This document shows positions 23,421 through 37,039 of a DNA stretch of 64,000 bases, in pieces. Position 1 is the stretch's first letter, and each line of letters starts with the position of its first letter. This DNA comes from Octopus vulgaris. Its lineage: Eukaryota. The stretch is taken from contig OX597825.1 of the NCBI GenBank assembly GCA_951406725.2, forward strand, positions 89,156,001-89,220,000. The letters are read 5' to 3'. The position numbers were made by a program, and so were the translations under genes. The notes below the pieces were generated by a model. It searched no databases. It was given only the letters and a program-made list of their open reading frames with translations, and was not told the origin of the DNA.

Positions 23421-24925
23421 TGTATACATATATATTTATGTATGTACGTGTATATGGCAGATAATGGATGTACGTTGCTCAAACCCCCGCATACTCGTAT
23501 GGCAGAATTGTGATAGTTTCACTGTGGAAGCTTTCTGGGCATAGCAGAAATACAGCAGTATTTGTCAAAAAGCTAACAGGATAAATATAAGTTAAAGGTA
23601 AGCAGCATCTGATGTTATTTCGTTATAATAACTCTGATAGTCTAGAGCCATACTCAACTGTAACTACATATACATGTGCACACATAGAAATACATGCACC
23701 CTCATATGTAGCCAGGTATTCGTTAAAATACACGTAAGGATGTATGTCTGTCCTTTGTATATTATGCATAAAACAGTAAGCAAGAGGAAGGATTAAGGGC
23801 TTCGTATTAGGCAATAAATTCCATGTAAAAGTAAATTTTCGATGCAGTGATCCAGTAGTTCACGAAAATTCATTATTTTCAGGAAAAGAGGGGGAAAAAA
23901 CTCGATTGACGTATATTACAGCGGTGTGCGAGCGCGCGCGCATGTGTGAATCGTGTATTGTGTTTAGTGTATGGCGTGCATCACATACTTGTTTCGACCA
24001 TCAATTATTCCCATGACTTCGTTATTCCGATACGAAGATATTTTCTATTGAAACTTTTGATGTGTAAAAGCATTCTATTTGACGCCATCAATTTGTTTCT
24101 ACCATACCAATATTATTCTATTTTCTGCATCATTTTTATGTCGAGGTTCTACATGTATAAAATAAGATTAATTGCTCTGAAGATAGTAGTCTGGTGTATT
24201 AACGGTATTAATACATTTGTAACTTATGTTAATGAAATCCTCTGAGGAGAGAGCCAAATATCGAATGTCTAAAGGTTATAGCATACGGTAATGGTGTTCT
24301 GTCAAATTTGTTTACCCAAATCTAAAAGCACACATTTCCTTATATAATTCGAAGATTATATTTCCTCTCTTTCATTTCAACAGCTAAAAACATTTCCAGT
24401 TTTACGCAACAACCACTTAAAATCCTGTACTGAAAGAAAATGGGAGAAATTATAAAGCGGTCTCTTTTTTCTTTTTCGATGTTAGAGTAATTTCAAATTA
24501 CATGCATCACTCAGTCACAGACAAATAATTCTCCTGTTAACTCTGAGTAATTGTTAGCACAAACACTATTTCTCCCACAAATCGATCGTCTATTTTGCTG
24601 ATCCACGATGAAAGGCGTTCTATTTAAAACGACTTGGTTTTTCTGATTTTGAATACTTTCACTCGGACACAATCTGCAATGTTGAGGTAAACTGTTAAAG
24701 TACTTTGCTGCATAAGATAAATATGGTTGTTATTTGTAGCAGGCTGAGTGAAATCTAAATAATGGAATCAGGTTTTGGTAAAGTTTCAAATTTTGACACA
24801 AGGTCAGCAATTTCGGGAAAGGTTGGGGGCTAATCGATTACATCGACCCCAGTGTTCAACTGGTATATTTTAAACCTCATGTGGATAAAAGGCAAAGTCG
24901 ATGTCCACACAATTTGAATGAAATA

Positions 24926-26220
24926 CGAGGGACGTTCATTAAGTAATGCCTCTGACCCACTTGCAGTTGTTTGATCTAGCTGAAAGTTTGCATGTGCAAT
25001 TATTTATACCTCTATAGATTAAGTGGAAAATTACAGCTCTGAACTAATTGTGGTTTCTGATTTACAGGTGTTTGAACTGAGTCAAGTGTGAAATGGAGCC
25101 TATTGAGTGTCGAGCAGTGATCCGGTTTTTGTATTTGAAAGGACGCACACCACGGGAGACTTTTGATGAAATGAAAGTAACTTATAGTGATGATGCCCCA
25201 TCATATGAACTTGTAAAACGCTGGCATCGTGAATTCAAACATGATCGGAACTCTGTGGAAACAGCTCCCAGATCTGGTCGCCCCCCTTCTGCCATTGATG
25301 AGGCATCTGTCCGTCAAGTTGAGGCTGCCATTTTAGAAGATCGACGCATAACTATTCGCCAAATAGCCCATGAGGTCAAGATTAGTACCGGGTCTGTGGA
25401 AACTATCATTCATGACCATTTGCATATGCAAAACGTGTCTGCCAGATGGATTCCCAGGTTGCTCAAACCTTTCCAGAAGCAAGAACGCGTCGAGTGCTCG
25501 AAGATGAATTTGGAGATGTGCCAAGAAGACGAGTCAAAATTTTTCAAAAGGCTGATTACACAGGATGAAACCTGGGTCCATCACTATGATCCAGAGACCA
25601 AAGCCCAGTCAATGCAGTGGAAGCACCGTGACTCACCTCCTCCCAAAGAAGGCAAGGGTGCAGCCCTCCGCTGGCAAGGTCATGCTCACACTCTTCTGGG
25701 ACCAGAACGGAGTAGTGATGACAGATTTCTTGGCAAAGGGTACCACAATTACAGGGGCCTATTATGCTTCACTTTTGAGGAAATTAAGAGAAGCTATCAA
25801 AATCAAGAGGTGGGGCAAGATTAGCAAAGGCATCCTCCTCCTGCAGGACAACGCTCTGGTCCACGACTCGCGTGTCGCCAGATCAGAAGCACAGGCGTGC
25901 GGCTTTGAACTCCTCTCCCATCCCCTTCTACTCTTCTGACCTTGCACCCTCTGATTTTCACCTCTTCCCAGCCATGAAGTTGTTTTTGAAAGGAAAGCGT
26001 TTCCCAGATGATGCAGCCTTGATTTCTGAAGTCACGTCGTGGTTGGAGGACCAAACTGGGGTCTTCTACAAAAATGGTCTCCAGAGCTGCATCTAACGAT
26101 GGGAGAAATACGTAACTCCGAGTGGTTCCTATGTAGGAAAAGACTAATAACTGTGCCAAGTGTCGTTGCTCTACTGCTATGGGAAGTGGGTCAGGGGCAT
26201 TACTTATTGAACGCCCCTCG
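24926..26220 (+). mobile_element. Full-length mariner transposon (1295 bp) with TIRs and TA target duplication
   Basis: TA-CGAGGGACGTTCATTAAGTAATGCCTCTGACCCACTT ... AAGTGGGTCAGGGGCATTACTTATTGAACGCCCCTCG-TA. Confidence 0.95.
25093..26149 (+). pseudogene. Mariner DD34D-type transposase with two frameshifts and a premature stop
   Basis: Motifs RSGRP, ARWIPRLL, ITQDETWVHHYDPE, LLLQDNA and YSSDLAPSDF across ORFs 25093, 25565 and 25872. Confidence 0.92.
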
Positions 26221-26304
26221 TACTGCTAAGCATTTTCCCGGCGTGCTACCCATCGAGCCAACACACCACCTTTAGTTCATTTATTGATATTATCAGGTAA
26301 TTTA

Positions 26305-26710
26305 AGGCAGCGAGAGCAGGCAAAATCGTCAGCTCGCCGGGCAAAATGCTTAACGGATGTTTCGCTCGTCTTTACGTTCTGATTTTGCTAAGGTCCAGTT
26401 TGCCTTTCATTCTTTTGGAGTCGATGAAATAAGTACCAGTCTAGCAATGGGGTCGATGTAATCAACTTAGTCCCTCTCCAGAATAGCCTTGTGCCTATTC
26501 TAGAAAAGATATTACCACTTAATTTACGGTTTACAAAAAGTGGATGTAGACATATTAGTTTCCAATTTTAGCACAAGACCAGTGATTTCGGATGACAGGA
26601 TAAGTCGATTAAATCGAATCCGGTACTCAAATAGTGCTCGTTTTATCGACCACGAAATGATGAAATGCCGCTAAGCATTTTGAGCGGCGTCCTAACGAAT
26701 CTGCCAGCTT
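26305..26710. mobile_element. Two degenerate SINE copies in opposite orientation
   Basis: GGCAGCGAG...TTTGCCTTTCATTCTTTTGGAGTCGATGAAATAAGTACCAG on the plus strand, and an inverted copy at ~26560-26710. Confidence 0.6.
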
Positions 26711-26939
26711 GTCAACTTTGATATATAAATAATTTTGCAATAGGTATAGATACTCTGAAGTCGACGAATTGATAAATGTCCGAAATATCGATATACTGTA
26801 TAAACACAGTTTCTTAGACGTTATATCTATTCCATCTGAACGAAAGATATACAGGTACACGTTACGACTAAGATAGTGTTAAAATTTTGCCTTTTTCACT
26901 CGAATTCGAGGAGGAAATTATTATAATTTAGGTACGACA

Positions 26940-27700
26940 AAATTTGAAAGAAGAATGTGTGTCAATAACATAGACTTCTGTACAAGACTGGCTATAAAAG
27001 ATGTTTTCTTGGGTTTAAGACAACAGCAACATAATCCTTTACAGGACTGCCACGTTTTGTTGGCATATAAACATTACTATCCGGTACTGTTTTTCTTTCG
27101 CCCAGATTTAATCCATGTTGTTTTTCTCGATATAACTCTCACTTTTCCTCCTCGTTTATCACTTCTGTACCTTTCCCTTTGTCTCTTTGATTTTTTCTAA
27201 TCCTTCAATCCCGCTGCCCCCTACTCTTCTTTCCACGCGACCGCCAGCACCTCTTAGTTCCATCTATGTTCCTGCCTTATGGCTTTCGCTTTATACACGC
27301 CACCTCAATTTGATTCGTCCTCAATCGAAAGACGCTTGTTATTTGTATTTGTCCTTGTTGTCGCACGCATTCGCAAGCTTTCTTACAAAAAATATATCCC
27401 TCTTAGCATAGTCTTTTTTGGGGAAACCAGATCGAACAGTCTCAAGTGTAACTGCATGAAACTGTAAGGACATCGGTGACGTGAAGAGGAGAGGGTGGTA
27501 TGCATATAGGCAGCTGTTGGTCTTCCACAAACAATCTCGTCCGCACTGTACCTTGGAGGGGAATATTGTAGGTGTAATCCCATGATCATTCATGACAAAA
27601 GGGAGTGCATACGTTTTTTGCAGACATGTCAGCGATTCAGGCCCAGCCTTGATGCACTCGTCAAAACGGAAGGCAGATTCATAGAATAACGTTAAACAAA
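26940..27700 (-). mobile_element. Possible degraded Academ-like DNA transposon fragment
   Basis: The minus strand has QFHAVT (resembling the FHAxTGCD XPG-like motif) and, downstream, Cys-rich SCKGLCCCCLK...CTE. It is heavily decayed. Confidence 0.3.
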
Positions 27701-27909
27701 AGCTTTTCGAAATGATTTCCACAAGTTTACTTAATATTGGTTTTGTGTGTGTGTGATGATTGTGGTTTTTGATTATCAAGTATGACCCCAAAAACTACTC
27801 ACGCGCAAGCACACAGTTGAAATATATATATATATGTAGGTCCCGGGTTGAGTCGGGGTTAACCACAGTAAATAAGGTACTCAATACATAGCAGAGTAAA
27901 TTAATTTAT

Positions 27910-28031
27910 TTTTATAGAAGGAGTTTCTACAGGACTAGAACTGTTTCATTCAAAAGAAATCATCAGGAAGCTTCCTGATGATTTCTTTTGAATGAAACAG
28001 TTCTAGTCCTGTAGAAGCTCCTTCTATAAAA
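27910..28031. repeat. Loopless palindrome with ~61-bp arms and one mismatch, centred on AAG|CTT
   Basis: 27910-27970 is the reverse complement of 27971-28031. Confidence 0.93.
27969..28019 (+). ncRNA. Type I hammerhead ribozyme motif (Penelope-like element type)
   Basis: Stem I AGCTTC/GAAGCT; core CTGATGA (27975-81); stem II TTC-TTTT-GAA with a T.T closing mismatch; GAAA (27994-97); stem III CAG/CTG; GTA cleavage triplet (28011-13). Confidence 0.65.
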
Positions 28032-28034
28032 TAA

Positions 28035-28074
<40 letters not shown>

Positions 28075-28249
28075 TAGCGTGTATATATATGTGTGTGTAT
28101 ACACACATACACAGTAATATATATACACTAATGTAGTATATATATAGTAATATATATGGAGGTGTGTATATATGTATGTGCGTGCGTGCGTGTGTATATA
28201 TATATATGAAACGTGCATTTATATTAACACACCACTAATTGGATAGATG

Positions 28250-28950
28250 AATAGTAAAGCATTCACGGACATTTAGACGCGAAATCCATGCGGTTTGTTA
28301 TTCATATACATAATATTTTTTCATCTACTGAATATCAAGTTCTACTGCAGCAGACTATTTAATATTTGTCAAACGTTGACCTTAAGAATATCTTTTACAA
28401 AACATACTTGTTTATGACTACAGGATCTTTTATTGCCTGAAACGATCTGTTTCTATTGTTTCAGATTATCTCTGAAAACTGTCAACAGCTTTCGGTGAAT
28501 ATGGATCTATAATTAGAAAGAGTTATCTTATTTTTCTCGAAAGCACAACGTCTTGTTTACGCGTTCGACTTTTTTGTTTTTTGCATTCCAAAGATATTGT
28601 TTAGTTTCCAAAGAATATTGGTAAACGGCTGTAAGACGCATAAACATAACATAGAATAGAGAAATCAAATTCTATTTGCATGTACATTCCCAGAACTCAA
28701 CGAATAACCATATTGAAGGTGGGGCACAAGATTTGATATATAAATATTGACTTTTAAATAATATCTGTTTTCACTTTACGTCTATTCCAGCAAAGATTGT
28801 ATAAAACAATCTGCAATCTCAGAAGATAATTGTTTTCATGTCTTTGATGGATGCTTCTCCCCGAGTTTATATATATTAGAGCTATACTCTTAATTATAAA
28901 CATATATTCCCGATAGGTTTTCTGTAGCTTTCTACTTTTGTTGAAACTTG
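28250..28950 (+). mobile_element. Possible decayed MULE transposase fragment
   Basis: ACGAATAACCATATTGAAGGT (TNNHIEG, ~28700) resembles the RTNNxxEGWH motif of animal MULE transposases. The rest is decayed. Confidence 0.3.
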
Positions 28951-29770
28951 TTTGCTATGTGCGTAAATAAATTTATTTAAAAACAATTACAAGTCTTTTT
29001 TTGTTATATATATAAAACGAATATGAAGGGTTCTAAAGGAATAGGTACGCTAAGTGCTATAATTGGTCAACTGTTAGGCTCCAAGTTCACAGCTGAGGCT
29101 AGAGCTAGGAGAGATCCGTATTAATCTTCTGTGTTATCAGAGGAAAAGGACAAAAACAAAGGCAGGACGAGTAGCTTAAGACATAATAATTTCATAAAGG
29201 TAGGTGAATTTTGAAATTTTACAGCTCTTTCTGAGATATTCCAAATCATAGGCTAGCATGTCCGTACACCGGGTATTTCGTATTCGTGAGGAATCGAAGT
29301 GTAGAGGTTTATCACATCAACTGAAACCAGAAAGAAGATGGTTTAAAAACTCCAGATCATCCCTTATACAACTTGGTATATGTTGGAGAATAGGTTTCAG
29401 GAGGACGTCAGTAAAGCTGCTGAGTTTATAAAGAATAAAATAGAAAACTAAAGAGTAAAACTAGAACACTAAGAAAATACGGAAGACATTCAACTATCGT
29501 TACAAGAATATTCGAACTTTAGAATCAAGGACATAAGTACATGCGAATTGTGTAGGTAGACACATTATCGACAGCATAGATAATTATTAATAACAGTCGA
29601 CTAAAGTGCGCAATTATTGGGACTCGAACATATTAACTTGTTGTTCTGCGAAAATTCTCGTTGTACTCTGCTTCCATGTCGTCTAGATTACAGACGGGCT
29701 TCGATATCAATAATGTCAGCGTTTTTTATCAAGAACACGGCGGACGTGTACGTGCGCACATATGTGTGTA

Positions 29771-29837
<67 letters not shown>

Positions 29838-29992
29838 CAACGAAGTTTTTGGCGAAAGATTACACGAATCTGTCCTGATTAAGAGGCCTATCGGTCGGGG
29901 AAGGTATTCTCTGATATGGACTAAATAAAAATTTATATAAGACGTTCGATTGTAAAAATTGCCATGCGGTGGCAGTTTATTCAGCTAGTGTG

Positions 29993-30065
<73 letters not shown>

Positions 30066-30069
<4 letters not shown>

Positions 30070-30250
30070 AGACGCATGGTATAGTGGATAGGGTATTCGG
30101 CTCAAAAGCGTAAGGAGGTTAGTTCAATTCGTGGCGATGCGATATGTCCTTGAGCTAAGTACTTCATTTCACTTTAGTGTAGTCCATTCAGCTGGCAAAA
30201 ACGAGTAGTATCTGGATTTCAAGGGTCACCATACTCTGTCACACTTTGAA
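30066..30250 (+). mobile_element. Degenerate tRNA-derived SINE (related copies at ~200-390 +, ~8380-8470 -, ~60255-60400 +)
   Basis: TGGTATAGTGGATAG A-box-like and GTTCAATTC B-box-like motifs, then TGTCCTTGAGCTAAGTACTTCATTTCAC. Confidence 0.5.
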
Positions 30251-30630
30251 TTTGGTGATACTAGCTGTGGCTTCTAGCTCGCTCTGATACTGAGTTGAGT
30301 TGGTGCCTTCTAGTATCTCAAAATTCAATATACAATCATTCATGATTGCTTGTATCCTGCGCTGATGAGAGAAGATGTACGGGTAAAGTAGAATTATCTA
30401 ATTATTATGCTTTCCTAAGACTTGATCTCGAAACGTACGTCCATAGGAGACTTAAAACTGTATGATAGATTGCCGTCAATTCATTCTCTCTTACGTGTTT
30501 GTGTTTGCCTTTCAAATGCTGTGTTTTTACTGAGATCTCCCTTTTAGTAGAAGAAATGGCTATAATCTCTTTGACTGCTATTTCTAAATTCGGTGTGCGG
30601 TAAGGCAATTCGTTGCTAAACCCTTAATTG

Positions 30631-31260
<630 letters not shown>

Positions 31261-31392
31261 TTATATAACCTTGTCTGATTTTCACATATATAATGATATA
31301 TTTAAGATAATATATTATAATTGAATAAAATAAAATGAAATAGTAGAATGTTAAATATTCATATAACTATATTTCATGCATATATGTTCGGG

Positions 31393-31532
<140 letters not shown>

Positions 31533-31550
31533 CGAAGAGAAAACACATCT

Positions 31551-33110
31551 CAATCTGTGGCGGAACTCACTGGATGCTGGATATATACCAGAAGACCTTC
31601 TATCCCAATCTGTTGTCCCAGTTTTCAAAAAAGGAAACAAATCGCTTGCCGTGAATTACCGTCCAATCTCACTCACCTCTCATATCATCAAGGTATTTGA
31701 GTGGGTGCTGAGATCGCGTATGACTCACTTCCTTGAGAGTCATAATATGCTGAACCCCAACCAGCATGGATTCCGTAATGGGAGAGATTGCCTGACGCAG
31801 CTACTGCATCATTTTGATAACATTTTGAGAGCCTTGGGAGAAGGTTCCAACACTGATGTCATCTACCTTGATTTCAGCAAGGCCTTTGACAGGGTTGATA
31901 ATAAGATCCTTCTGAGAAAGCTGTCCAATATTGGTGACACTGGAAAGCTGCTGCAGTGGATCAAGTGCTTCCTGTCTAACAGAACCCAACATGTTTTAGT
32001 CGAAGGAGTCAAATCCAGCCCAGCCAAAGTCAGCAGTGGTGTCCCACAAGGCACTGTGTTGGGCCCACTTCTCTTCATCATCTACATAAATGATATTACT
32101 GACACCATCAAACACAGTAACATCAGAACCTTCGCTGATGATTCCAAGCTCCAGAAGGTCATCAATGGCGTGGATGACCGAATAAACCTTCAGTCAGACC
32201 TTCTGACTGTTGTCCAATGGGCAGAAAAGAATAACATGTTGCTAAATGAAGACAAATTTGAACTGATCCACTTTGGAAGGGAGGACGCTCTCAAACTCCC
32301 ATACTCTCTTCCTTCTGGAGAAATTCTCATGGCATCCAACAACATCAGAGACCTGGGAGTAACAGTGGACAACAACATAAGCTGGGCTACACATATAAGC
32401 AGCAAAGTTGACATGGCCCGCAGAATGTGTTCCTGGATTCTCAGAACCTTCCAGTCGAGAGATTCCCACGTTATTATCCTTCTCTTCTCCACTTTTGCCC
32501 GACCCCACCTTGAATACTGCTGTCCAATGTGGTCTCCCTACACAAAACAAAATATTATGAGAATTGAAGCTCCCCAAAAGTCAATCACAAAAAAGATAGA
32601 TGGCATGTCAGACCTTGACTACTGGGGTAGACTAGAGAAGCTGAAATTGTATTCACTCCAACGACGCCGTGAACGCTACATTATTTGTATGATGTGGAAA
32701 ATATTCCATCAGCACTGTCCGAATGATGTTGGCATCACCTTCAAAATGCATCCAAGGCTTGGACCACGTGCCATCCGTCCACAACAAAAATTTAAATCGC
32801 ATCACATAACGACAATACGGCACAACTATTTCACCTCAATTGGACCCGCTCTCTTCAACATTACACCAGGACACGTCAAAAAAGAAACTGACCACACAAA
32901 ATTCAAGAAGTCTTTGGACAAATTCCTTCAAACAGTACCGGACAAACCACCCACACCCGGATATGTCTCCGCAAACAATAACTCTCTGCTCGAATGGGCC
33001 TTGGTGCCCAAATCCTGAACTGAAAGACTTCGCCAGGTGGTGCTATTAAGTTAGACATGGCCTGGGCCAATACTGGCCAAAACCTTTCTAAGTTATTCTA
33101 AGTCTAAGTT
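31551..33110 (+). mobile_element. 5'-truncated CR1-clade LINE (family 1) with an uninterrupted RT frame to 33018
   Basis: [59 protein letters not shown]. The tail is GGTGGTGCTATTAAG...(CTAAGT)n, and both sides are (TA)n. Confidence 0.92.
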
Positions 33111-33146
33111 ATATATATATATATATATATATATAAAACTGTTGGA

Positions 33147-35300
33147 TAACTTGGGCATATTTCAGCCAAAGATTGGCCCAGGCCATGTATGCGTTGATAG
33201 AATCACCTGCTACGGCGTTTTAAAGTCAGGTTTTGTGGTATCGTGGCCCACTCAGGTTGGGAGTTGTTTTGGGCTGAGGTATATTCAGGTATATGTGGCT
33301 TATCTGTTATTCCTCAAAGAAATGTGTCCTGGTTCCGTTTGAAGGTGATGGGATCCTTTTTCTTTTTTTGATTTCTTTTGGGTCATTATTAAACAGAGCA
33401 GAGTATGTTGAGGAACAGAATTTGTGTTGTTGTGAATTTAGATGTTGCAATCCCGAATTATGCAGGGGGCGTATGGCACGTGGCCCTAGCCTTGGATGAA
33501 TTCTGAATCTAATATTGAGGTCTATCGGGTAATGCTGGTGGTATATTTTCCACATTGTGTAGATGATGTAGCGGTTATGGCAGTGTTGGAGAGAAGAAAT
33601 TTCTAATGTTTTGAAGTGATCCTTATCAAGATCACTTACTCTCTTAATTTGTTTAGTGAGTGTTCCCTGATGTGACTCGGTATTTTCGTAATGCCTTGTT
33701 TTGAGTGGGAGACCACGAGGATCAGCAATATTGGAGTTGTGGCCGTACAAAGGAGGTGAATCATGACATCTTACTCTCTGGACTGAAGCGTTCTGAGGAT
33801 CCAAGATCTCATCCTGTGAAATATATCGACTTTGAAAATTACTATTTTTGAATCTCACAACATGAGATATTCAGCAACAGTACTTTGTAGTAAAGATTGT
33901 TTGCCAACATAACATGGCAGTCCTGGTTTAGGATTAATGTTGCTTTAATTTAGCCCCAGGAGGCAAAGTCTGAATATCTCACGTTCTGAGATTTAAATGT
34001 AGCAGTTTTGAAAGTCGATATATTTCACAGGATGAGCTCTTGGATCCTTGAGACATCGTCTTCTGGGGTTAAATTACAGCAACATTAGTCCTAAACCAGG
34101 ACTGCCATGTTATGTTGCAAACAATCTTTACTATATCGACTTTGTTGATGTGGGCGCTCCAGCTGGGATTGTTGTCAACAATCACTCCTAGGTCTTTGAT
34201 ATTATTAGATGCTGCAATCACTTCCTCTCAAAGAAGAGAATATGGTTGTTTGAGAATAGTTTTTTCCCCAAAATGCATGTTTAAATTTCCTCTCATTTAG
34301 CAGCATTTCCTTTTTTTCTACCCATTGGTTTACAGCATTTAGTTCAGTTCGGTCTTCTCCATTCATAATTTTCTAGAGCTTACAGTTATCAGCGAATATT
34401 TTAAACTTGCCGCGCTTGACGACGATTGAAATGTCTTTTATATAGACTATGAACAGAAGTGGGTCCAAAACAATCCCCTGAAGGACACCACTGGTCACAT
34501 TTTCTGGGCTTCAGTGGATTCTATCGGTCACATGTGTTCTGTTCACCAGGAAATACTTAATCCAGTGTAGCCGCTTCTACGAATTCCAATATTTGATCAT
34601 TTTGATAGGAGGATATTGTGGTCGACTCTGTCCAGCGCTTTACTGATATTAATAAGTTTTAAGGACATCATCGATGTGAAGTAAGAGATGTGTTAAGCAG
34701 TATCTGCCGCAGCAAAAGCCATGCTGGTTAGAATTTAGAAGGTCGCTGTTCTCTGGGAAGCTACCTATCCTTCATCTCAGCACCCTTTCACTCATTTTGT
34801 TGACATGGGAGGTGAGTGTGATTGAGCGATATTTGACTGCAAGGTACCTGTTTCTCTTTTTGAAGGCCGAGATGGCACATTGGAATAAGTACTGTTTCGG
34901 TACATAACCTGATTCTAAAGAATTTCTCCAGAGGTTGTTTAGAGGGGATGAAAGTTGTTGTCTGCGGGGTTTCTATTAGGGCCTGGAGCAGAATAGCACT
35001 TGATCTCATTTATTACTGCTATGATTGCTAAAACAGTAGAAGTTTTATCCGAGATATGTTGAGGATTAAGTTCGTTCAGATCCTTTGCATCAATATCAGT
35101 GGGACCACTAAAGACAAAGCAGGCATCATTATCAGTGGGATCAGTAAAGACAGAGCAGTATTGTTTCTGCAGTATTTCTACCATTTCTTTAGTCTCCTGT
35201 TAGAGAACGCTGTTATTATCATCAATCAGTGGACCAACGGAGGGGACGAAAGTCCCATGCTTTTTGGCATATGAATTGAACACTTTGGATTCTGTTTGAT
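33147..35300 (-). mobile_element. Older, decayed CR1-clade LINE, tail-to-tail with the 31551 copy
   Basis: Minus-strand peptides RYIIYTMWKIYHQHYP...[11 protein letters not shown] and EILQKQYCSVF are homologous to family 1. Confidence 0.85.
33795..34135. repeat. Interleaved inverted repeats X-Y-X'-Y' inside the CR1 copy
   Basis: X ~33795-33873 matches X' ~33970-34049, and Y ~33887-33960 matches Y' ~34062-34133, both in reverse complement. Confidence 0.8.
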
Positions 35301-35519
35301 TTTTTTGGTTACCCATTTATATTCTCTAGTATGTATGTATGTGTGTGTATGTGTATGTGTGTGTGTGTATGTATGTGTGTGTGTCTGTATGTGTGTATGT
35401 ATCTGTATGTATGTGTGTATGTATCTGTATGTATGTATCTGTATGTGTGTGTGTATGTATGTATCTGTATGTATGTATCTGTATGTGTGTGTATGTATGT
35501 ATCTGTATGTGTGTGTGTA

Positions 35520-36292
35520 TGCAATTGCCCAGTTTTATTTCACGATTTCTTCCCAATAAAGAACCAGTTTCTAACCTAACATCATCAACAGGGTATTTGT
35601 GTTTGTATCTATGTATGTATATATGTATGCAGATTTGTATGTTTTATTTATGTATTCTCATGCATAGAGTTGCATATCTAGACATGCTCATATATATTTA
35701 AATGATAAACTTCAGGAAAAGTTATATAGACTTTTACGGTTCCAGTGATGGACTGGATCTGCAGTCTTCGAATTAGCTTTCTCCTTTCTAGTTTCTAATT
35801 TCTCAAGATTGGTATTTAGGCAGTGTGTTACATATCCCAGGGCACCAATAATTACAGGTATGAATCTGAACTTGCAATCTGGATAGAGTAACTGCACATT
35901 TCTCAATAGTTCAGCGTAGGTGTCTTCAGCTTTGTTAACATCCGCTGGGCTGCGAATTTCCACAACTGTGCACAGTTTCTCTCTATCCCGAATCATTATA
36001 TCAAGTCTGTTATGCTTAAATTCTATAGGGATTTTCGCTGGGACAGTCCACAAGTACTCCTTTTTATTATGAGTGGCTATGGCGTCTACGATGCTGTGGA
36101 TTCTTATTTCTTTGTCCTCGGAGTTATCCTTCCGACGGATTTCTTTATAGAGTGTACTAGCTACAACATCACGTCTCATCGGTAGATAATAACGAGATGA
36201 CATATTAGGACAATTGCTTATAATGTGGGTGATATCTTCAGTGTGAACTCCACAAACTCTGCATCGATTGTCACATTTTACTGATTTTACTG
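35520..36292 (-). mobile_element. 3' fragment of an RLE-type (R4/Dong-like) non-LTR retrotransposon
   Basis: CRVC...EDITHIISNC (CCHC), RxDxV, NRLDIMIRD...VVEI (PD..D..E nuclease), IPVIIGALG. Both sides are (TGTA)n-type repeats. Confidence 0.85.
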
Positions 36293-36419
36293 TATGTATG
36301 TATGAATGTATGTATGTATCTATGCATGCATTTACGTACACACACACTAATTCTGAGTCCACATACTTCTTTTAGTTCTCTGAACATTTCTGTTTATTCT
36401 TTAATGCTCTTGGAACTTG

Positions 36420-36900
36420 TAATATCGCCGGCAAATTTGAGATGATTTAGCACGCATCCCTTCATATTTATTCATTCAACCGATTAATATACGTTTTAAA
36501 CGCCTCTTCTGATACAGATGTGAATAGTTTGGGTGACTTGGTGTCTCCTTGTATGACTTCTCCACCAATTTTGATATCAAAATATTAATAGATGATAATA
36601 CATTTGAACATGTGATCCAATACGCATTTCTTGGACAAATAATCTGCTAAAAAGATAAATATTACACCAAAGAAATTGAACGACGAATACAATCAGGATA
36701 GAATCTGATTGGCAAATTGAATCATATCATGAGTATTAATTTGTCCTGGTGTAAGAAAAATAAACAATGTTTTCGACCAGTATAAGTTGCCTACTATTAC
36801 GTATGCCTCGGAAACATGAACTACCAACAAGGGCATTGCAAGTAAATTAAGATCAACACTAAGAACCAGGAACAGGAGAAGGCACGGGAAGGAAATGTGC
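36420..36900. mobile_element. Decayed RTE-like LINE fragments in opposite orientations
   Basis: Minus strand VIQGDTKSPKLFT (~36520-36560); plus strand FDQYKLPTITYASET (~36770-36815). Confidence 0.45.
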
Positions 36901-37039
36901 AAGAGGAGAAACAGCAGAATAAGAGGGACACCAGATTTAACGTATCTGGAAAAGAAAAAAACATTGTAATGGTCTTTCGCGTGACAAGTGTTTAGAAGAA
37001 TTGAAGGGAAAGCAAATTGAGACATAGGTACCCATTTCT

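Larger units (their letters stand above)
24790..26260 (-). mobile_element. tRNA-derived SINE split by the mariner insertion
   Basis: The left half ends ...GGCAAAGTCGA...TTTGAATGAAA|TA and the right half starts TA|CTGCTAAGCATTTTCCCGGCGTGCTA. Together they rebuild the SINE seen at 37040-37265. Confidence 0.7.
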
